A stretch of 64,000 nucleotides of DNA. Source: Chloroflexota bacterium (GTDB lineage Bacteria; Chloroflexota; Limnocylindria; Limnocylindrales; CSP1-4). Below are positions 8,911 through 17,938 of this stretch, piece after piece (within the stretch, counting starts at the first letter, position 1; each line of letters opens with the position of its first letter). A model generated the notes under the pieces. That model did not search any database, had not been told where the DNA came from, and worked only from the letters and a program-made list of their open reading frames with translations. Made by a program: the position numbers and the translations under genes. Where the stretch lies: NCBI GenBank assembly GCA_045804645.1, contig JBJMMR010000042.1:18184-82183 (forward strand), written 5' to 3'.

Positions 8911-10077
8911 ATCGCCGCGCTCGGTTCGCTCTCGGCCCTCGACCTGCGCGGATACGCGTCGGTCGACGCCTCCTTCGAGGCCGGGCCGCACCTGATCTGG
9001 GGACCCAACGCCGCTGGCAAGACGAGCCTGCTGGAGGCGATCGCCTTGCTCGGTTGGGGACGTTCACACCGGACGAGCGCCGACGGCGAGCTGATCCGCT
9101 GGGGTCGTGACCTCGCGCGCGTCGAAGGGACGGTCGGCAACGACGTGCTCGAGGTGGCCATCCAACGGTCGGGAGCCGATGGCAGCAGCGGCCGTAAGCG
9201 CATCCGCGTGAACGGCGTCGGCCGCCGGGCGAACGCGCTCGGCCGGCATCTTCGCGTCGTGCTGTTCGCCCCCGAGGAGATGTTGCTCGTCATCGGCTCG
9301 CCCTCGCTCAGACGGGCCGCCATCGACGCCCTCGCCGCGGCCCGCTACCCGGCCTATGCGGACGATCTCGGCACGTACGGTCGGACGCTCCAGCAGCGCA
9401 ACAGCCTGCTGAGGGCGATCCGCGAGGAGACGGCGTCGCGTGCCGAGTTGCGCTTTTGGGACGAGACGTTCCTCGACACCGGCGGTCGCGTGGTCGCGGC
9501 GCGGCACGAGCTGCTCGGACAGCTCGCGGAACCGCTGGCCGAGGCGCATCGAGAGATCGCGCCCGACGAGGCTGCCGGCGGCGGGCTCGCACTCCGCTAC
9601 CTCACGAACGCGCCGATGCTCGCTGGCGAGACCCCACGCGACGCGCTCGCGCGTCGGCTCGTCGAGACCGCCGAGAAGGAGGTCTGGAACGGGTCGACGG
9701 TGATCGGCCCGCACCGCGACGATCTCGCGTTCGATCTGGCCGGTCGGGACCTCGCGGGATTCGCGTCGCGCGGTCAACAGCGGACCGCCATCCTTGCGTT
9801 CAAGCTCGCAGAGCTCGATCTTCTCACCGCGCTGGACGGCCACCCGCCCCTGCTCCTGCTCGACGACGTCTTCAGCGAGCTCGATCCCGAGCGGCGTGCG
9901 CACCTCGTCCGCCGGATCGCGGCGCTCCCGCAGGCATTCGTGACGACCACGACGCCCGACGACCTCGATCCGGGGCTACTCGCCATCGCCCACGGCTGGG
10001 AGGTCCGGCCCAGGTCCGATGGCGCAGAGCTTCGGAAGGCAGCCGTCGGGGCACGCCACTCACCGAGCCCCGCATGA
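8911..10077 (+). CDS. recF: DNA replication and repair protein RecF (start codon non-canonical or unresolved)
   Basis: Frame open from the stop at 8884-8886; Walker A GPNAAGKTSLLEAIALLG is encoded at ~9001-9045, upstream of the first canonical start (TTG 9046) used by the ORF track; the rest is RecF-like (…GPHRDDLAFDLAGRDLAGFASRGQQRTAILAFKLAELDLL…, LLLLDDVFSELD Walker B, signature motif); 5' boundary set at the ATC codon 2 nt after the dnaN stop. Confidence 0.75.
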   Translation: MAALGSLSALDLRGYASVDASFEAGPHLIWGPNAAGKTSLLEAIALLGWGRSHRTSADGELIRWGRDLARVEGTVGNDVLEVAIQRSGADGSSGRKRIRVNGVGRRANALGRHLRVVLFAPEEMLLVIGSPSLRRAAIDALAAARYPAYADDLGTYGRTLQQRNSLLRAIREETASRAELRFWDETFLDTGGRVVAARHELLGQLAEPLAEAHREIAPDEAAGGGLALRYLTNAPMLAGETPRDALARRLVETAEKEVWNGSTVIGPHRDDLAFDLAGRDLAGFASRGQQRTAILAFKLAELDLLTALDGHPPLLLLDDVFSELDPERRAHLVRRIAALPQAFVTTTTPDDLDPGLLAIAHGWEVRPRSDGAELRKAAVGARHSPSPA

Positions 10078-10412
10078 CCGAGAGCGGCCCCCGCCGCCGG
10101 CCGATGCGCCGGATCGGCGATCTCATCCCCGACGCGGCCCGCGCGCTCGGTCTCGAGGACGAGCTCCGGCTGGCGCGGGCGATGTCGACCTTCGAGGCGC
10201 TCGTCGCGGAGCGTGTCCCGGCTGCGGCGGGCGCGTGTCGCGTGGTCGGCATCGCCGGGTTCGCGATCGACGTCGAGGCCGATGCGCCGATCGTCGCCCA
10301 GGAGCTCCGGCTGCGTTCCGGCGAGCTCCTGACGGCGTTTGCAGCAGCTCCCGGAGGCATCGGTATCCGGGACCTTCGAGTGCACGTTCGCCGCGGAGGT
10401 CCCCGCGTATAA
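10074..10412 (+). CDS. dciA: DUF721 protein (DciA-type replicative helicase operator/loader homolog)
   Basis: 112 aa; ATGA overlap with recF stop; conserved position directly after recF as in Actinomycetota; sequence MRRIGDLIPDAARALGLEDELRLARAMSTFEALV… fits the DUF721 pattern. Confidence 0.7.
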   Translation: MTESGPRRRPMRRIGDLIPDAARALGLEDELRLARAMSTFEALVAERVPAAAGACRVVGIAGFAIDVEADAPIVAQELRLRSGELLTAFAAAPGGIGIRDLRVHVRRGGPRV

Positions 10413-10505
10413 TCCACCGGACCTGCCTGCCATCTCGGGGCGAACGTCACGCCGATCCGGCCAGGGATCGTCCCGTCGCCTGACCAACCCTATCGAGAGG
10501 CCCGC

Positions 10506-12758
10506 ATGGCCGCCCGTCTCCAACTGAAGCTAGGGATCGTCGCCGAGCACGACAGGCTCGACGATTCGCCCGACACGCTGGTCGTCGTCGAGCCTAGCGT
10601 CGGCTCGGTCGCCCGATCGAAAGGCAACCTGTACCTCCTCGTGACGTCGCGCACCAGCTCGCGTCACGCCCTGGAGGCGACGCGCCTCGCCGCAGAGACG
10701 ATCCGGAACGAGTATTACTACGACGAGTCCGCCGGCATCCGGGTCTGTCTCCAGAAGGCGATCGCGACCGCCAACAAGCGGCTGCTCCACCAGGCCGACC
10801 GTCTGGGCCTCAAGTCACCCGAGGGCAACGGGCCGATCGGCGTCGGCGTCGGCGTCGTCCGTGGGAACGAGATGTACGTCGCCACGGTCGGCCCGGCCGA
10901 GGCATACCTCATCCGCCAGGCGCGTCTGTCCACGCTGCCCGACCCCCATCGAGAGCGGGGCCTGCCGTCCAACGGTCTCGAGCCCGAGGTGTGGCGCGGC
11001 GAAGTGACCGTCGGCGATTCGCTCGTGCTGATCTCGCCGAACATCGTCGCCCGGCTGGGACCGGACGAGCTCAAGGATGCGATGGTCACGCTCCATCCCC
11101 AGTCCGCCATGGAGCACCTCCACCAGCGATTCAAGGCGGCCGACGGCGCGGGGAGCGATGGTGCCATCGCGTTCGAGGCGACCGAGGTGGCGCCGACGAC
11201 GCGCGGTCGCATCCTCGTGCCGGTCCGCCCGCCCGAACCGCTCGCTGGTGCGCCCGATCGCTCGCCGATCCCGCTCGCCGACAACGTCCAGGCCGCCGGC
11301 GCGGCCGTCGCGTCCGCAGCCGACAGTGCGCGGACGGTCGCCGGAAGCGCGTTCGAACGGACGATCGCTCGACTGCACGATCTGTTGCCGCGACGGCGGC
11401 CGGCATATCGCCGGGTCACGCCCCTCGCGTCCCGCCGCGAGACGCAGCGCCGAGCGGCGATCGCTCTCATCGCCCTGCTGGTCGTCGTGGGGAGCCTCGC
11501 GATGTCGGTCTGGGCGTTCGGTGGCAGGACGCCGCAGGGGGCGATCAGTTCGATCAACGCCGGTCAAGCCGCCCTCGACAAGGCGCAGGAGAACCTCGCG
11601 CAAGTGTCGGGCGCGGGCATCGATCTCGTGGCAGACGATCGGAACGAAGCGCTCCGGCTCCTCACCGAGGCGTACACGGAGCTTGGCAAGGCCGAGGACG
11701 CGAGCGTCAGCTCGCGCGTCGTCGACCCCGTCCGATCGAAGGTGGTGGCGCTCCTCGATCGCGCGTATGGCGTCGTCGACGTCACCTCGACGCCCCTGTT
11801 CACCTTCAAGGCGGCGCAAGGAGCGGCCCCGTTCGACATGCGATCGATGGTCCGCGGCGCGGACGGCGCCCCATACGTGATGGACCGCGCCACCAAGTCG
11901 GTGTATCGACTGGACCTCAAGCGCAAACGCGCCACGAACATCGCCAAGAACGGGCGGAGGGTCGGCGGCGCCAGGATGGCCACCCCGAAGCTTCTCGCCG
12001 TCGGTGGTCGCGACCTCCTCATCCTCGACACCAAGAACGCGCTCTGGCGCTGGCGCGCGTCGAACGACGCGGGCCGTGGGACGACGACGCGGGTGAACGT
12101 CAACGGCGCGAGCCAGTGGGGCAACGACATCATCGGGATGGGGACGTTCCTGCGGGACAGCGTTCGCGGGCTGTACAACCTCTATGTCCTCGACCCGTCG
12201 GAGCAGCAGATCCGCGCGTATCCGCCTGCGGGCGACGGGAGCGGTTTCCCGGCCAAGTCGTCAGCCTGGCTCGCGACGGCCCGTTCCATCGACCAGATGA
12301 CATCGCTCTACATCGATGGCGATATCTACATCACCGAGAATGGGCAGCTCGATCGCTACACCGCGGGCAAGAGCGACGCGTGGGATCCAGGAAAGCCCGG
12401 CGACGAGCTGCTCCGTCCGACCACGAGCCAGGTGCTCGTCGCGGGGTCGAACGACCCGGAAAGCCGCAACCAGGGGAAGGTGTACACGTTCGATCGATCG
12501 AACGATCGCATCCTGGCGTACGACAAGCGAAGCGGCGACTTCATCGCGCAGTATCGGCTCAAGGAGAGCGACGCGTGGGGCGACCTCCGCGCGATGTACA
12601 TCATCCCCGGCGTCGACGGTCAGCCCGACAAGCTCGTCTGGCTCTCGAAGGACGCGGTGAACCAGAGCGTCCTCGAGGCAGCCCCCGATGCGGATGGTGC
12701 TTCGGCCTCGCCGACGACCGACGCCAGCGGGTCTGCGCCGACCTCCTCGAGCCCCTAG
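10506..12758 (+). CDS. Hypothetical membrane-anchored protein: N-terminal cytoplasmic PP2C-like (apparently degenerate) domain, single TM helix, large extracytoplasmic beta-propeller-like domain
   Basis: 750 aa; residues ~30-230 resemble the PPM/SpoIIE phosphatase fold (…GVGVGVVRGNEMYVATVGPAEAYLIRQARLSTL…GDSLVLISPNIVARLGPDELKDAM…) but lack the usual DGxGG metal-binding start; TM AAIALIALLVVVGSLAMSVWAF at ~315-337; C-terminal half is repeat-rich with aromatic/Gly/Asp beta-strand periodicity. Confidence 0.5.
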   Translation: MAARLQLKLGIVAEHDRLDDSPDTLVVVEPSVGSVARSKGNLYLLVTSRTSSRHALEATRLAAETIRNEYYYDESAGIRVCLQKAIATANKRLLHQADRLGLKSPEGNGPIGVGVGVVRGNEMYVATVGPAEAYLIRQARLSTLPDPHRERGLPSNGLEPEVWRGEVTVGDSLVLISPNIVARLGPDELKDAMVTLHPQSAMEHLHQRFKAADGAGSDGAIAFEATEVAPTTRGRILVPVRPPEPLAGAPDRSPIPLADNVQAAGAAVASAADSARTVAGSAFERTIARLHDLLPRRRPAYRRVTPLASRRETQRRAAIALIALLVVVGSLAMSVWAFGGRTPQGAISSINAGQAALDKAQENLAQVSGAGIDLVADDRNEALRLLTEAYTELGKAEDASVSSRVVDPVRSKVVALLDRAYGVVDVTSTPLFTFKAAQGAAPFDMRSMVRGADGAPYVMDRATKSVYRLDLKRKRATNIAKNGRRVGGARMATPKLLAVGGRDLLILDTKNALWRWRASNDAGRGTTTRVNVNGASQWGNDIIGMGTFLRDSVRGLYNLYVLDPSEQQIRAYPPAGDGSGFPAKSSAWLATARSIDQMTSLYIDGDIYITENGQLDRYTAGKSDAWDPGKPGDELLRPTTSQVLVAGSNDPESRNQGKVYTFDRSNDRILAYDKRSGDFIAQYRLKESDAWGDLRAMYIIPGVDGQPDKLVWLSKDAVNQSVLEAAPDADGASASPTTDASGSAPTSSSP

Positions 12759-12773
12759 CCGGGGCGCGGCCCC

Positions 12774-13493
12774 GTGATCCCGCTCCGCGACGCGAACCCG
12801 ACCCGGCGTACGCCGGTCATCACCGTCGCACTCATCGTCGCGTGCGCCCTCGTCTACGGCTACCAAGTGCTGCTCCTGGCCCGGGGTGGCGACGCCGCGC
12901 TCGGGCAGTTCATCACCCGATGGGGCGTCGTCCCGGCCGAGCTCGTCGACGCGCTCCGTTCAGGGACCGTCGCGCCCGGCGAGGTGGTCACGCTCGTCAC
13001 GAGCCAGTTCCTTCACGGCAGCCTCATCCACATCGCCGGGAACATGCTCTTCCTGTGGATCTTCGCGAACAACATCGAAGACCGCTTCGGGCGGCTTGCG
13101 TTCCTGGTGTTCTACCTGGTCGGCGGCATCGTGGCCGGCTTGACCCAGGTCACGATCGATCCGACGTCCACGGTCCCGACGATCGGAGCGTCGGGTGCTA
13201 TCGCGGCCGTGCTCGGTGCGTACCTCGTGCTGTTCCCCGGCGCCCGCGTAACGACGGCGATCTTCCTGGTCTTCTTCTACCAGCTCATCGAGATCCCGGC
13301 GATCTTCGTACTCGGCTTTTGGTTCGTGCTCCAGCTCTTCGACGGGCTTGGATCGCTCGGGGCGATGGGCCAGGCGACGACCGGCGGCGTGGCGTTCTTC
13401 GCGCACATCGGCGGGTTCGTCTTCGGGGCGGCCGTCGCGCTCGTCGTACGGGCCCGTAGCGGCCGGCGTCGCACCGGGCGCACCGTGGGATAA
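12774..13493 (+). CDS. Rhomboid family intramembrane serine protease
   Basis: 239 aa, six TM helices; catalytic GASGAI (GxSG) and FAHIGGF (His) motifs; LHGSLIHIAGNMLFLWIF loop-1-like segment. Confidence 0.85.
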   Translation: MIPLRDANPTRRTPVITVALIVACALVYGYQVLLLARGGDAALGQFITRWGVVPAELVDALRSGTVAPGEVVTLVTSQFLHGSLIHIAGNMLFLWIFANNIEDRFGRLAFLVFYLVGGIVAGLTQVTIDPTSTVPTIGASGAIAAVLGAYLVLFPGARVTTAIFLVFFYQLIEIPAIFVLGFWFVLQLFDGLGSLGAMGQATTGGVAFFAHIGGFVFGAAVALVVRARSGRRRTGRTVG

Positions 13494-13502
13494 TCCAGCG
13501 CG

Positions 13503-14057
13503 ATGGACGACGGCTTGATCGAGATGGTCGTTGAGAGCGTCCGGGTCCATATGCTCTCGAGCCGCCACGTCGTGATCCTCAAGGAGACGGGTCGCGAGCG
13601 CTATCTGCCCATCTGGATCGGGCCGTGGGAGGCAAGCGCCATCGCCATGCGGCTCCAGGGCCTCACGCCGGAGCGCCCGCTCACCCACGACCTGTTCGCG
13701 AGCACGCTTGAAGCGGTCGATGCGCGCGTCGCCCGGGTGATCATCTCGGACCTCGCCGAGGAGACATTCCATGCGCGCCTGTTCATCGAGCGCGATGGCC
13801 ACGTCGGCGAGATCGATGCTCGGCCCTCGGATGCCCTCGCGTTGGCGGTCCGCGTCGGAGCCCCGATCTTCGCGGTCCCGTCGGTCCTCGACCAGGCCGG
13901 TCTCGGCGCGGACGGTGGGATCGGCGACGAGAGTGAGGGCGAGGGCAACATGCTCGAGTCGACCGGGGAACGCGTCGTCGATCCGCGGCTCGACGTCTTC
14001 CGCGAGTTCGTGAATTCGCTCGACGTCGAGCCCGACAGCGAGGACCGCCAGAGCTAA
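13503..14057 (+). CDS. Bifunctional nuclease family protein (DUF151/BFN domain)
   Basis: 184 aa; HVVILKETGRERYLPIWIGPWEASAIAMRLQGLTPERPLTHDLF… matches the DUF151 core (ILKE…R.LPIWIG..EA.AI…RPLTHDL). Confidence 0.75.
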   Translation: MDDGLIEMVVESVRVHMLSSRHVVILKETGRERYLPIWIGPWEASAIAMRLQGLTPERPLTHDLFASTLEAVDARVARVIISDLAEETFHARLFIERDGHVGEIDARPSDALALAVRVGAPIFAVPSVLDQAGLGADGGIGDESEGEGNMLESTGERVVDPRLDVFREFVNSLDVEPDSEDRQS

Positions 14058-14086
14058 AGGGGGCCCTGCCGGAGGCGGCCGGATGC

Positions 14087-14860
14087 TCAGCGCTCCTCGA
14101 TGATCGGTCGACCCCGTCGGAGCCCTCGAGACGCGTTCTTCCACATCGCGAACCGTGTCCGCCAGAAATCGCGGACGGCGCGGCCGATGACCTGTGGCTT
14201 CGCGCCCGTCGGTGAACCGGCCGTGCGCGGGTAGTGCGGCACCCCGACCTCGACGACCGATCGCCCTGCCGCGCGCAGCTTGATGAGCAGCTCCGCCGAG
14301 AAGAACGCGCCGTCCGACTCGACGTGGATGTCGTCGAGCGCCTCACGCCGGAACAGCTTGCACGCACAGTCGACGTCGGTGACCTTGAGCCCGAAGAAGA
14401 TCCGGTTGGCGAGGCGGTATGCCCGGGCGTAGAGCGTCCGGACGATCGGGTCCGCGCGGCGGATCCGGTAGCCGACGACGACATCCGGGTGGTCGGCGGC
14501 TGCGAGTCGCTCCGTCAGCCGGCCGAGATCCTCGACCCGGAACTGGCGATCGCCGTCGGTGAACGCGACGAGCTCGTAGCGCGCGGCCGCGAAGCCGGAC
14601 CGCAGCGCGGCGCCGTAGCCCAGGTTCGTCGGATGGTGGACCGCCCGCAAGATGCCGGGGTGGGCCGCGGTCAGCTCGTCGGCGAGGGCCCGCGTGCGGT
14701 CGCGCGAGCCGTCGTTGACGGCGATGATCTCGAACGTGTCGGCGATCGCGGGGAGGCTGTCGAGGGCCTCGGCGACGAGCCCCTCGATGTTGGCCTCCTC
14801 GTCATGCGCTGGGAAGAAGTAGGACAGGCGCGGGACGCGCGCCGGCGCGGTGGCGGTCAC
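14087..14860 (-). CDS. GT2 family glycosyltransferase, polyprenol-phosphate mannose/glucose synthase-like (Ppm1/DPM1/GtrB type)
   Basis: GTG start overlapping the upstream stop (GTGA); LSYFFPAHDEEANIEGL…IIAVNDGSRDRT…FTDGDRQF (D-x-D-containing GT-A fold motifs); the 749-aa ORF in the track is an artefactual 5' extension. Confidence 0.75.
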   Translation of the reverse strand: MTATAPARVPRLSYFFPAHDEEANIEGLVAEALDSLPAIADTFEIIAVNDGSRDRTRALADELTAAHPGILRAVHHPTNLGYGAALRSGFAAARYELVAFTDGDRQFRVEDLGRLTERLAAADHPDVVVGYRIRRADPIVRTLYARAYRLANRIFFGLKVTDVDCACKLFRREALDDIHVESDGAFFSAELLIKLRAAGRSVVEVGVPHYPRTAGSPTGAKPQVIGRAVRDFWRTRFAMWKNASRGLRRGRPIIEER

Positions 14861-16359
14861 TGCGCGACCTCGCGCCGGCGGATGACGCGGGCGAGCATGC
14901 TCGGGTCGAACGCGTCGAGGGGCTGGGTCTCGTAGCGCTCGTTGACGCCGGTGATCTCCGAGGGCTCGATGCGGATCACGTAGACCGGCCGCGTGGGCAG
15001 GTTGCGATCGATCACGTCGTAGATGTCTCCGAGGTTCTGGTCGAGGCGGGTACGGTCGTCGATGATAGAGATGTCGGGCCGGCGACCTTCGATCACCTGT
15101 GCGTACCAGAGCGGCGTGGAGTAGCTCCACCAGCTGACGACGACGGCGTTGGGGTCCATCGACGACAGGGCCATATCCAGCCATCGCGCGGCCGCGTCGT
15201 CGTGGCTCCGATCCACGGCCTGATATCGATCGCGAAGCGCGAGTCCGGTCGGGACGAGCAGCACGACCGCGACGACGATCGCGACGACCGGCTGGAGCCG
15301 CCTGCCGCCATCGTCGTCGATCCCGCCGCCTGCCATGCGAGCGACCCCCTCGCCGAGGATCGCGAGCCATGTCCACGCGATGAGGACCGGCACCAGGTAG
15401 TAGCGGTCGATCATCGCGTTCACATACGAGGCAGCGAAGAAGCACGTGATCGCCAGCGCTGAGCCCGTGAGGAGCGCGTAGCGCGGTCGACGGAGCGCCG
15501 TGACCACGAACGCGATCGGCAGGAAGATCGTGAGTGGCCCGAACGCATCGAGCGTGCGCCCGAGAAGATCCCCGGCCTTCGTCGGGAGGTCGGTGAAGGG
15601 CGCGACCAGGCTCCCGCGGAACTGCTCGGCGAGCGCGATGTACCAGAACCCGTCCCAGGTCTCGGGCTGCCCGTAGACGATCGGGGCACGGAACGGGCCG
15701 GCGCGCAGCGGGAGCTCCAGATAGACGAGCGCGACGGTCCCGACAGCGATTCCGACGCACGCGACGATCAGTCCCGGCCGGCGGAGGATCTCGCGGTCGA
15801 CCGTGACGACGTAGAGGGCGATCGGCAACGCGAGCAACAACGTCAGCGAGTGATTGCCGGCGGCAAGCCCGAAGACGAGGGCCGCGCCGATAAGAGCTCG
15901 GTCGCGGCGGCCATCCTCCCAGGCGACGAGCAGGCGGAACAGGATCGCGACCAGCGCGAGATGCAGGGCGTGCGCGTCCGCCTGTGTGCCGATCTTCCAG
16001 ACGATCCCGGTGAACGTGAGGCCGAGACCCGCCACGACGCCCAGGAGGGTCGAACGAGTCAGCGCTCGGGCGAGATCGACCGTGACAGCGGCCGCGACCG
16101 CGACGCATAGACCGGCGAACACGTTCATCCGGAACGCGGGATCGCCGAACGGTGTGAGCAACACGTTGGCGATCCACCCAAGCAGGACATACGTGGGAAA
16201 GCCGGTCGGATGCGCGGTGCCCAGTACTGGCGCGACCGTCTGGAGCTCGGCGGTGTCCCAGAAGCTGACCCCGGGCATCATCGCGAGCCGCGTCGCGATG
16301 AACGCGACGATGCCGACGAGGAGTGGAGAGATCCATGTCGCCGCGATCCGCCTCACCAT
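14857..16359 (-). CDS. DUF2723-domain (TMEM260-like) GT-C-fold membrane glycosyltransferase-like protein
   Basis: Real start MVRRIAATWISPLLVG…; N-terminal FWDTAELQTVAPVLGTAHPTGFPTYVLLG resembles the DUF2723/TMEM260 signature; ~11 TM helices plus a C-terminal soluble domain; overlaps upstream gene by 7 nt. Confidence 0.6.
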   Translation of the reverse strand: MVRRIAATWISPLLVGIVAFIATRLAMMPGVSFWDTAELQTVAPVLGTAHPTGFPTYVLLGWIANVLLTPFGDPAFRMNVFAGLCVAVAAAVTVDLARALTRSTLLGVVAGLGLTFTGIVWKIGTQADAHALHLALVAILFRLLVAWEDGRRDRALIGAALVFGLAAGNHSLTLLLALPIALYVVTVDREILRRPGLIVACVGIAVGTVALVYLELPLRAGPFRAPIVYGQPETWDGFWYIALAEQFRGSLVAPFTDLPTKAGDLLGRTLDAFGPLTIFLPIAFVVTALRRPRYALLTGSALAITCFFAASYVNAMIDRYYLVPVLIAWTWLAILGEGVARMAGGGIDDDGGRRLQPVVAIVVAVVLLVPTGLALRDRYQAVDRSHDDAAARWLDMALSSMDPNAVVVSWWSYSTPLWYAQVIEGRRPDISIIDDRTRLDQNLGDIYDVIDRNLPTRPVYVIRIEPSEITGVNERYETQPLDAFDPSMLARVIRRREVAQ

Positions 16360-17843
16360 CCGAGGAAGCGGCCCCACAGCACGCCCCACGCGTTGATCGC
16401 GACCGACAGGACGATCAGGCCCATCGCGAGCGGCATGGCCCAGGCACGCGGTGACGGGCGATCGACGAGCCGCGCGAACCCGATCGCGACGAGGACGAGC
16501 GCGAACGGCACGACGTCGTTGCTGAACCGGTACCCGAACTGGACCCAGCCCTGGCTGAAGTGCATGAGATTCACGAACGACACGAGCAGGATCGCGAGGA
16601 GGCACGCCACGACGATCCGCCGTCGCCGACGATCGAACCACGCAGGGATCGCGAGCAGGAGCGCGGGCGTGGTGAGGAGGACGCTCATCCCGGTGTCGCG
16701 TGGAAGTGCGACCGGGCAGTCCACGTCGAAGAGCCCGCGCGTTGCGCCCGGGGTGGCGCACAGCGGTCGATTCACGGTCCCGAGGGTGTCCTGGAAGCGA
16801 TCCGGGAAGAGGCGAGGGGTCGAGAACAGCATGATCCCGATGTTCTGCGGCACGTAACGGGGGTCTTCGGCGGCCCAATCCGGGTGATAGCCCAGGCCGG
16901 TGTATGCGCTCGCCTCGAGCTGGTAGAGGTGGTCGTATGCCGGGTGGAAGACGTGCCCTGTCGAGACGATGTTGTAGCCGAGCAGCGCGAGGACGGGGAT
17001 CGCCGCCCCGACCAGGACGGGCACGGCGCGGCGGCGCCAGTCCATCCGCGGTCCGACGATCAGGAAGAACGGGGTCGCAAGGATCACCGTGAGGCGAGCG
17101 GTGGAGGCGAGGCCGATCAACGCCCCGCTCAGGAGCGCCGTCCTCATGCGCCGGCTCGGCGCCGCGCTCCTGCCCGCGGTGCTCGTGCCGGCGGTGCTCG
17201 TGCCCGGCCCGCTCGCGCCCGCGGTGCTCGTCCGGGCGCCGGCAGCCTCATCGCCGCTGAGCGCCACCCCGACGGCGAGCATCGTCAGACCGACAGAGAC
17301 GATGTGCGCCTGGTACCAGGTAGTCGTGTTCTGCGCCGTGTACCAGAAGACCGTCCCGAACGCGAACAGGACGGTCGTCCCGACCCGGACGACGGTCGAG
17401 ACGCCGAGACGACCGATCATCCACCAGCACAGGGCGACGTCCACGGCGGCCAGTACCGTGAAGATCAGCTGGTCGTCGGCGCGGAGCCCGAAGGCCGCCA
17501 CGAACGGCAGGAGCAGGACGGCGGGGAGCGGTGGGAACGGGATCAGTGCGCGCTCGCTGCCGCCCGTCCTCGCGATCGGGAGGACGTCCTGGAAGAGGTA
17601 GTTCCCGAATCGCTCGGCGGAGTCGAGGACCGGATAGCGGATGCCCGCCTGTCCCTCGAGGAACGCCGAAGCCTGCCAGACGAAGTGGTCGTAGTAACGC
17701 TCGACGAACGTGAGGCGATAGATCGCGAACGCGGCGACGGCCAGCGCGATGCCGCCGGCGATGCTGAGCGCGACATGCGGCTGGGACGCGGCCCGACCAG
17801 GTCGGGAGTGGTCTGCGGGAGCCTGTGCTACGCTCAGATCCAC
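16353..17843 (-). CDS. Polytopic membrane protein, probable GT-C-fold glycosyltransferase (ArnT/PMT-like), hypothetical
   Basis: 496 aa, >10 TM helices with an extracytoplasmic loop containing acidic/aromatic residues (…FVWQASAFLEGQAGIRYPVLDSAERFGNYLFQDVLP…); low-complexity TSTAG loop; first gene of a 3-gene operon with the DUF2723 and GT2 genes. Confidence 0.5.
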   Translation of the reverse strand: MDLSVAQAPADHSRPGRAASQPHVALSIAGGIALAVAAFAIYRLTFVERYYDHFVWQASAFLEGQAGIRYPVLDSAERFGNYLFQDVLPIARTGGSERALIPFPPLPAVLLLPFVAAFGLRADDQLIFTVLAAVDVALCWWMIGRLGVSTVVRVGTTVLFAFGTVFWYTAQNTTTWYQAHIVSVGLTMLAVGVALSGDEAAGARTSTAGASGPGTSTAGTSTAGRSAAPSRRMRTALLSGALIGLASTARLTVILATPFFLIVGPRMDWRRRAVPVLVGAAIPVLALLGYNIVSTGHVFHPAYDHLYQLEASAYTGLGYHPDWAAEDPRYVPQNIGIMLFSTPRLFPDRFQDTLGTVNRPLCATPGATRGLFDVDCPVALPRDTGMSVLLTTPALLLAIPAWFDRRRRRIVVACLLAILLVSFVNLMHFSQGWVQFGYRFSNDVVPFALVLVAIGFARLVDRPSPRAWAMPLAMGLIVLSVAINAWGVLWGRFLGW

Positions 17844-17938
17844 CTTCCACGCTCGTGCAGGAGCCCCACTCCAGCTTGACTGGCCCCGAACCCCGTGGGT
17901 ATGAGCGAGGCACGGGAGCGCCGCCTCGGTCGACCGGG

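Noticed and set aside
10991-13459. 822-aa + strand ORF across the 750-aa gene and rhomboid gene
   Set aside because: Off-frame of two coherent genes, extreme Arg/Gly/Pro content
14087-16336. 749-aa minus ORF (5' extension of GT2 gene)
   Set aside because: Upstream 490 codons are an alternative frame of the DUF2723 gene; GT2 trimmed to GTG at 14860 coupled to DUF2723 stop
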